Shown: piece by piece, positions 56,601-61,756 of the stretch
Layout: every line of letters begins with the position of its first letter
Position numbering within the stretch: position 1 is the first letter of the stretch
Assembly (NCBI GenBank): GCA_003009755.1
Contig: PXUB01000004.1
Span: 1 to 61,756 of the forward strand
Reading direction: 5' to 3'
Source of the DNA: Thermoplasmatales archaeon SW_10_69_26
GTDB taxonomy: Archaea; Thermoplasmatota; SW-10-69-26
DNA length: 61,756 nucleotides
Notes under the pieces: generated by a model
Seen by the model: the letters and a program-made list of their open reading frames with translations, nothing else
What the model was told of the DNA's origin: nothing
Databases searched by the model: none
Made by a program: the position numbers and the translations under genes

Positions 56601-59485
56601 CCGGGATCGAGAGCCGGACCGACGTCTCGATGGGCAACAAGCTCGACGGCTACCTGCTCGGGCGCTTCCAGGGCGAGTCCAGCAGCTACATGCAAGCCAC
56701 GAGCAGCGCCTTCACCGCCCGGGAGACGGTCTGGTGGGATGGCGAGGACATGGTCGCCGTCGACACGCCCGAGGGTGGCTACCGATCCAACGAGACCGCG
56801 ATCTCCTGGTGGGCCGGCACCAAGGGCGGCATCCTACGCTCGACGGACCGGCTCGAGACGATCGAGAACAAGGGCGGAGGCGTCTCCTACCTCGTCGGCC
56901 AGATCGTCTCCGACGGCCCGTCCGCGGCGGACGTCTCCCGCGGTGGGGGCGAGAACGTGCAACTGTCGTCGGTCAACTTCACCGGCGTCCACGCCGTCGA
57001 CGAGGACAACGCCTGGTTCGTCGGTCAGGGCGTGGCCGGCACCGACCTGGAGGGGAAAGGCATCATCCTGCGCACGTACGACGGCGGCGAGTCCTACCAG
57101 GCCGTCGAGGTGACCTGCGGGAGCCTGACGTGCAACCTGCAGGACATCGACCACGACGGCAAGCACCTGTGGGTCGCCGGCGGCGACGGGACCGTGCTCG
57201 TCAGCAACGTGAGCGGCATGGCCGAGCAGACGCGCCTCGAGGGCGAGGCAGACGTCGTCGACGACGGCGGCCACGGGGCCATCGAGATCCCGCTGCGCTC
57301 GGAAACCAACGTCTCCATCGACAACGTCACCGTCACCTGGGACCCGCGGACGTCGGTGACCTACGGGGAGGCGGTCCAGCTGGCCAACGGGACCTCCGGC
57401 GACCGCGACCTCTGGCACGCCGACAAAGGATGCCCGAGCGTGCTCGGGGATCCCTACACCGAGGCGGATCCCTACACCGAGGAGGACACCTGCTCGGAGA
57501 CGTGGGGGTACGATCACGCGAACACGCTTCGCGTGCGCGACTACGTCCAAGACAGCGGCGACGGGGTCAACCGAACGCTCGACGGGACGGGCAACCTGAC
57601 GATCGGACCGTTCACGGACGGCGTGACCGGGTACTACGGCCCCGACTGGTACAACAACTCGGTGAACCTCCCGTTGACCTTCCACGTCAACCTGACCTTC
57701 AGCGACGCCACGGAGGACACCTACACCGTCCACATCAACAAAAGCGGCGGCATCAACACGGCCGAGGCCAGCGCGGCGAACTGGACGTACCCCTCGCAAC
57801 TGCCGAACGGTCAGTCCTTCTCCACGCCCTCGTGCTTCGGGCGGACGACGGATGGCTGCCCGACGATCGAGAGCATCAACGTCACGAACGTGGGCACGGC
57901 CAACGCCCCCTCCTACGTGGGGGTCGCGGCCGGCCACGCCGCCGCCAACGGCACCGCGCTGTACCAGCTCGCGAAGGGGTCGGCGTCCTGGTCGGCGAAG
58001 TCCATGCCCATCTCGGAGAACCTGAACGACGCCGCGGTCGCCCCCCAGGATCCCAGTCGATGGGTCGTGGGAGCCGCCGACGGCCGGGTGCTCGTCAGCT
58101 ACGACGGCGGCAAGCAGTGGCAATCGCTACCCTCCGATATGACGGTCACGAAGGCGGTCGACCTGACGGACCCCAGCCTCGGGCACCTCGTCGGCGGTCA
58201 AGGCACGGGCGAGTACCACACGTTGAACGGGTACGTCTCCAGCGGAACCGTCGAGACCGTCGACCTCTACGACGAGGCCAACCACGGCGGGATGGCGCTC
58301 GAGAAGGTCAACATCTCGTCCCTGCCGACGATCGCCTTCGATCGAGGCGGCGACACCCCGGTCGAGATCGAGGTCTGGGACGAGAACGCCGGGTCGTGGG
58401 GGACCGTGTACGAGCCCGGGTCCGGCAAGCAGACCTACAACTTCACCGCGGCGACGACGAATGTCACCCTACGGTTCCAACTGGCTGCGGAAAGCCTGCG
58501 CAAGCAGTCGCCGCTCGTGCGTGGCGACATCCAACTGCAGGGCCACGACGACGACAACCTGACCGCGGCCTCGAGCGTCTCCTTCGGGTTCGCCCTGACG
58601 GACCGCAGCCAGTTCGGCAGCGGGCTCGACCAGGTCAACTACGACGCCGGCCACGGGTACATGATGCTGAAGACCGTCCAGAACCCCTGGTTGCTCCAGT
58701 TGGGCAACGAGGACGAGGGCGACTGGTCCACGGTGCGCAACGGGACCGTGGGTGCTCGCGTGGCGGACATGCAGGTCGACACCAACGGCACGATCTGGGT
58801 CGTCACCGAGGGCATCTACGATCACGACGCAGCGACGGACGCGACGACGGTCCAGGACGCGGCATGCGGCAGCGACACCGACTGCTTCGACAACACGCTG
58901 TACGCGATCGATCCCTCCACCGGGGAGGTGGCGTCGTGGTGGGATCCGATGCACTTCTCCCAGCCCCCCCAGGAGCTGGCCGTCGGTGACGACAGCCTCT
59001 CGGTCGTGACGGGGAACGAGAACCAGGAATCCTACGTCCACTGGATGGAGTTCGACGACCCGCGCAAGGACAACAACGTGTCCTTCGGTTTCAAGGAGGA
59101 GGCGCCCTTGGACCTGATCACGTCCGACGCCTGGCCCTCGCACACGCAGGGTCAGGACGACCCGATCGTCTCGGCCAAGCACTCCGCCGACGGCACCGGA
59201 GCCATCTACGGGTTCCGCGCGCCCGGCCTTGGCTTCAACTGGGAGGACATGCCCGCCCTCAACGACGAGTTCACCATCACCTACGACGTGCCGGCCGACG
59301 CCCTGTACGGAAGCCGTGTCGTGGTGACCGAGGTGCGCTGGACGACGGACGACGAGCACGGGACCGAGATCGTGCAGACCGGCCGGTTGCACGACACGTT
59401 CGGCGTCACGCCGGGCGGGGGCGAGATGCCGCTGGTACCCACGTACACGCTGGAGGTCGTGGCTTGGATCGAAGACTGGCGCTAG
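53612..59485 (+). CDS. Giant (1957 aa) surface protein with a pilin-like N-terminal helix, FG-GAP-like and BNR/Ycf48-like propeller repeats
   Basis: DEA-VAQVLEAVVIGVVILGATFF; DVTGDGHPEVL and DLDGDGNGDLL; RTYDGGESY and SYDGGKQW Asp-boxes; many N-x-S/T sequons; start uncertain. Confidence 0.8.
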   Translation: MLGPRSARPPGDDSSCARGESEARGGDEAVAQVLEAVVIGVVILGATFFAVSFQAPPSPDQNPGTEQTQQTTYGALNSLNDLYIDDARYNHSALSLALAEAAAGNKTPLVESIGAFMPAQAKFCVHLNNGHDRIELHCPSDPGGSAVGVSYPIEPNWRFHYGETDLRYVDQGGDVQLGVKQIPIMNAHTVHDEGEYVNVSIGGEQAWRPGTDGTEPSSEPFSAFRDSAYASLLQGDDDADYPSASIYMECLRPSLNAHEPCYASDLARNMSGYQPFASGSDGEILRFTVDNTGPGTVPANTVLEIDFPVGLDLNRPLENTSGFANVTIDGEDSSSPETVRAEIDSELGTGNVSMDIEVNVTDTRYAYKHVDARLSDGAVSHSQLLLRVQNKTAGEWTGGDDRRVMISTPKPAGSADAGSPTGRWGVVMPIPYARTSLDDVQFSVTDGDELLDATSWPDDFNPPPATGTGESRSVLDGTIHDAASDEFSWSISPNLDYRGYTFAEFQFEVTSDGTQTRASERFPTAQPEATFDSFDPPPASIQTKPGIWWRAHPPADGGGGCGAGGSGCPGYANEANLSASDTTETRAFATALDWRNVPLEGEANYTLADLKDTDRQGVRDALRATGVSSNPDRLAPGDTTNIHINTKDLAHYVADTTSLSDMKLESKIYAPWGIPNRTPVETIDHGRVAGGVEAPNDILPLYLDGDNVEDFLTASTDGNVYGVHADSGEAIASYVFGLPEGSGAGQATPTVLSHGTESGGDDVIAVGTSSDVDQFYTIDGDLEQRWKATKPGENRETRSIHVGDDVTGDGHPEVLLATNAKNVSEPTAHEQARLTLWEGQDLDGDGNGDLLDGWGWDYDNRDFGVVVNGEPSEMGMAKMGVDGQKGVWTDTGPNAGTNVMYVKNQTEEAVKDGDVAGAATQFQNTTITEEGSGFYGFSENGNELLNLSGVRVVRAETVEEITDGSKHSGIAIGGANGWTWGLNASGTSYPVTGEEVAGIESRTDVSMGNKLDGYLLGRFQGESSSYMQATSSAFTARETVWWDGEDMVAVDTPEGGYRSNETAISWWAGTKGGILRSTDRLETIENKGGGVSYLVGQIVSDGPSAADVSRGGGENVQLSSVNFTGVHAVDEDNAWFVGQGVAGTDLEGKGIILRTYDGGESYQAVEVTCGSLTCNLQDIDHDGKHLWVAGGDGTVLVSNVSGMAEQTRLEGEADVVDDGGHGAIEIPLRSETNVSIDNVTVTWDPRTSVTYGEAVQLANGTSGDRDLWHADKGCPSVLGDPYTEADPYTEEDTCSETWGYDHANTLRVRDYVQDSGDGVNRTLDGTGNLTIGPFTDGVTGYYGPDWYNNSVNLPLTFHVNLTFSDATEDTYTVHINKSGGINTAEASAANWTYPSQLPNGQSFSTPSCFGRTTDGCPTIESINVTNVGTANAPSYVGVAAGHAAANGTALYQLAKGSASWSAKSMPISENLNDAAVAPQDPSRWVVGAADGRVLVSYDGGKQWQSLPSDMTVTKAVDLTDPSLGHLVGGQGTGEYHTLNGYVSSGTVETVDLYDEANHGGMALEKVNISSLPTIAFDRGGDTPVEIEVWDENAGSWGTVYEPGSGKQTYNFTAATTNVTLRFQLAAESLRKQSPLVRGDIQLQGHDDDNLTAASSVSFGFALTDRSQFGSGLDQVNYDAGHGYMMLKTVQNPWLLQLGNEDEGDWSTVRNGTVGARVADMQVDTNGTIWVVTEGIYDHDAATDATTVQDAACGSDTDCFDNTLYAIDPSTGEVASWWDPMHFSQPPQELAVGDDSLSVVTGNENQESYVHWMEFDDPRKDNNVSFGFKEEAPLDLITSDAWPSHTQGQDDPIVSAKHSADGTGAIYGFRAPGLGFNWEDMPALNDEFTITYDVPADALYGSRVVVTEVRWTTDDEHGTEIVQTGRLHDTFGVTPGGGEMPLVPTYTLEVVAWIEDWR

Positions 59486-61548
59486 ACGATCAGGCAGCCT
59501 CGCAGATCCTGGGCTTCATCGTCGGGCTCACCGTGGTGACCGCCTCGCTGGCGATCGCCACGTACTTCATCGTGACCGTGCCCGAGAGCGGAGCCGACGA
59601 GCAGTCCCAGAAGCTGCAGGGCGGGACCCATCGGGCCGCCGAGACCCTGACCCAGACCCCGGGCCAACCCGCGAACTGGGACGAGAACTTCGACAAGGAC
59701 AAGCTCCGCCGCGTCGGGTTGCTGGAGCCTGGAACCGACAGCTACGCCGATCGGCATAAGATCGAGAAGATCCAGGACGGGAACCTGACGGGGACGGACA
59801 TCCTCGACAGTTGGGATCTCAACGCCACGGACACGGCCGTGCGGATCGAGGGACGGGTCCAATCCGTGCCGCTGGGCGAGACCCCGACCGTGGACACGTA
59901 CGGCGTCGTGGCCTCCAACGTCTCGAAGACCGATCTCGGCACGGAGATCCCCAGCCACAGCGAGGACGCTGCCGAGCTGTACGCCAAGACGAACGACGGC
60001 TACACGTACGAGAAACACAACTGGAAGTTCGCCGCCCAGACGCACCCCGATACCGGGCTGGGCACGACGGTGCCCGACCACGCCTGGTTCGTCGAGACCC
60101 AGCTGATCCCGAAGCTGGCCGGCATCGAAGCCACGCACTCGACGGCCGACCACGGCAACGGCGAGTGGGAGGACGCCAGGGCGAGCGTGGACGCCTTCAA
60201 CAACTACACCGGCGAGTTCAACGGCGGCCCGGACAGCGCGACGCGATGGCACGTCGTCGCCGACGGCGAACCCTGGGGGCTACCGGGGAACCCGCCAAGC
60301 GAGGTGGAGGACCACGCGCTGGCGATCAACTGGCACAAGCAGAACGGTGGCAGCGACGCCAACGGCGTCGGCCTGTGGCGCACCGCGCAAGGCGACCGCA
60401 GCACGGCGCTGCTGGGCGGGTTCGACGCCGGCGATGCCGACCACGCCACGCTCTCGTTCCGCCACCACCTGCGGGTCAACACCGACGATCTGGATCTGTG
60501 CGAGACGGTGGACGACACGGACTGCGACATGGTGCGCCCCTCGATCCTGTTCTGGAACACGACCGCCGATCGCTGGTCCCGCATCGCCCAGAACGCCAGC
60601 GGGTGCCCGGCCTCGGGCTGGAACGACACGGCTGACAGCATGGAGGCCACGTGGGGCACGGACTCGATCGATCTGTGCGAGGCGCTGGACAACTCCGACG
60701 ACAAGCTGTGGTTGTCCCTGATGTGGGACAGCGACTGCTTCGGGCCAAGCGGCGGCAACCAGACCTGTTCGAACGACAACGTCGCCCAGGGGTGGTTCGT
60801 GGACAACATCGAGCTCACCGCCGACGGCACCACCGTGTACGAGACCGGCTTCGAACCGCCCGAGGACAGCTCCGGGCAGGCGCTGTTCGTCTCCAACGGC
60901 GTCGACCACAACCGCACCTACGAACCGGGGCCCGACAAAAGCGAGGAGAACACCGTCGCCTACCTGCGGAACATGGTGCAGGACGGCGGCAACATCGTCG
61001 CGTTGTCGCCCGAGGACGCCCAACCCGGCGACTGGTTGTCCCCCATGGGCCTGTCTTCGATCGGGACCGCGCCCGATCAGGACGTCTCGACCGACGAGCC
61101 CGGCAGCATCGTTCTGCGGTACCCCAACGAGCTCCCGCAGGACGCGCCGGACTACGTCCGCGAGAACGTCACCTGGCTCGCCGGCACGCCCAACGTCCCG
61201 TACAGCGACTACACCGCGCCCGACGAGAACCTGACCGTCGTCCAATCCGGCCCCGACGGGAACGCCACCCTGCTGCAAGGCACGCCGTTCCCGGGCGGCG
61301 GCCAGGTCGCCGCGCTGTCGTACAACTACACGCACTTCGACAACTCGTCGCTGCGCGCGGACCTGTGGGAGAACCTGCACGGCAGCTCGGTGTTCATCCA
61401 CCCGACGTTCACCGTCGGCGACGAGCTGCCCGAGCCGGGCAGGAGCGAGGTCGCCAGCGCCCAGCGCGTCATGCTGGTCGAAGCGACACCCGACGGGCGC
61501 TACGTGGTCCCGCTGGAGACCACGGTGTGGATGTGGAACCGAGGCTAG
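59464..61548 (+). CDS. Pilin-like exported protein with large inserted domains
   Basis: DDQA-ASQILGFIVGLTVV hydrophobic N-terminus; AETL..TPG.P.NW; GWFVDNIEL jelly-roll-like motif; C-terminal LETTVWMW. Confidence 0.75.
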   Translation: MDRRLALDDQAASQILGFIVGLTVVTASLAIATYFIVTVPESGADEQSQKLQGGTHRAAETLTQTPGQPANWDENFDKDKLRRVGLLEPGTDSYADRHKIEKIQDGNLTGTDILDSWDLNATDTAVRIEGRVQSVPLGETPTVDTYGVVASNVSKTDLGTEIPSHSEDAAELYAKTNDGYTYEKHNWKFAAQTHPDTGLGTTVPDHAWFVETQLIPKLAGIEATHSTADHGNGEWEDARASVDAFNNYTGEFNGGPDSATRWHVVADGEPWGLPGNPPSEVEDHALAINWHKQNGGSDANGVGLWRTAQGDRSTALLGGFDAGDADHATLSFRHHLRVNTDDLDLCETVDDTDCDMVRPSILFWNTTADRWSRIAQNASGCPASGWNDTADSMEATWGTDSIDLCEALDNSDDKLWLSLMWDSDCFGPSGGNQTCSNDNVAQGWFVDNIELTADGTTVYETGFEPPEDSSGQALFVSNGVDHNRTYEPGPDKSEENTVAYLRNMVQDGGNIVALSPEDAQPGDWLSPMGLSSIGTAPDQDVSTDEPGSIVLRYPNELPQDAPDYVRENVTWLAGTPNVPYSDYTAPDENLTVVQSGPDGNATLLQGTPFPGGGQVAALSYNYTHFDNSSLRADLWENLHGSSVFIHPTFTVGDELPEPGRSEVASAQRVMLVEATPDGRYVVPLETTVWMWNRG

Positions 61549-61585
61549 ACTGCCGGACGTGTTTTGCTTAAGCTCTCGCGCCGGT

Positions 61586-61613
61586 CTCGGCAGACCGGGC
61601 ACGGTCTGCCGAG
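61586..61613. other. Perfect 12-bp hairpin, either a terminator or IS-end structure
   Basis: CTCGGCAGACCG-GGCA-CGGTCTGCCGAG. Confidence 0.6.
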
Positions 61614-61690
61614 GGTGCTGAACGGGACCTCTCAATCACCGTCTAACCGTTCGCGGCCAACGCCTCCCGCCAAGGCCCCCATCCCCAGGC

Positions 61691-61756
61691 ATGAGCAACG
61701 ACGACCTCCCCGGCGTTCTCTCCTTCCTCGAGCGCTTCCCCGACGAGGACACCTGC
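61691..61756 (+). mobile_element. Start of a probable IS1595-family transposase, cut by the window end
   Basis: MSNDDLPGVLSFLERFPDEDTC matches the F..RFPDE..C lead-in to the IS1595 zinc ribbon; only 22 codons are visible. Confidence 0.55.

Noticed and set aside
57452-57487. Tandem DPYTE repeat inside the giant protein
   Set aside because: A single short in-frame duplication with no evidence of a variable repeat system
88-61635. Many long Arg/Pro/Gly-rich or antisense ORFs in the track (e.g. 411-2732, 15588-18362, 53291-56695, 54796-58989)
   Set aside because: Shadow frames of real genes in high-GC DNA; they lack motifs and do not match the acidic composition of the real proteins

Overview
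High-GC archaeal chromosomal window with a strongly acidic proteome. TBP, S19e/PDCD5/L39e/L31e/aIF6, L10e and AglB establish Archaea; a halophilic Thermoplasmatota-like lineage is my inference. Most of it is housekeeping or metabolic: pdxS, cysS, ppsA, tRNA-Ser(CGA), thiolase, split MgtE/TrkA-C, a Ccm cytochrome c maturation cluster and a mycobacterial-Sdh1-like succinate dehydrogenase. The main finding is an unannotated 31-aa ORF (13827-13922, minus strand; MSELFEPVNDSEPPEPEPRQTTQALGEECPF) carrying a plesiocin-type TTxxxxEE core. It lies directly upstream of an ATP-grasp ligase, making a candidate archaeal graspetide (omega-ester RiPP) cluster. Other points of note: a two-copy ~168-bp MITE-like element with site-specific 10-bp target duplications, a 1957-aa pilin-like beta-propeller protein with a partner gene, a CxxCH/cytochrome-b fusion, an FKBP-thioredoxin fusion lipoprotein, and the start of an IS1595-like transposase at the window end. 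Three reading-frame lesions within ~5 kb (TBP, the ATP-grasp gene, cysS) may be sequencing or assembly errors. All family calls come from motif recognition by eye; no database searches were run.
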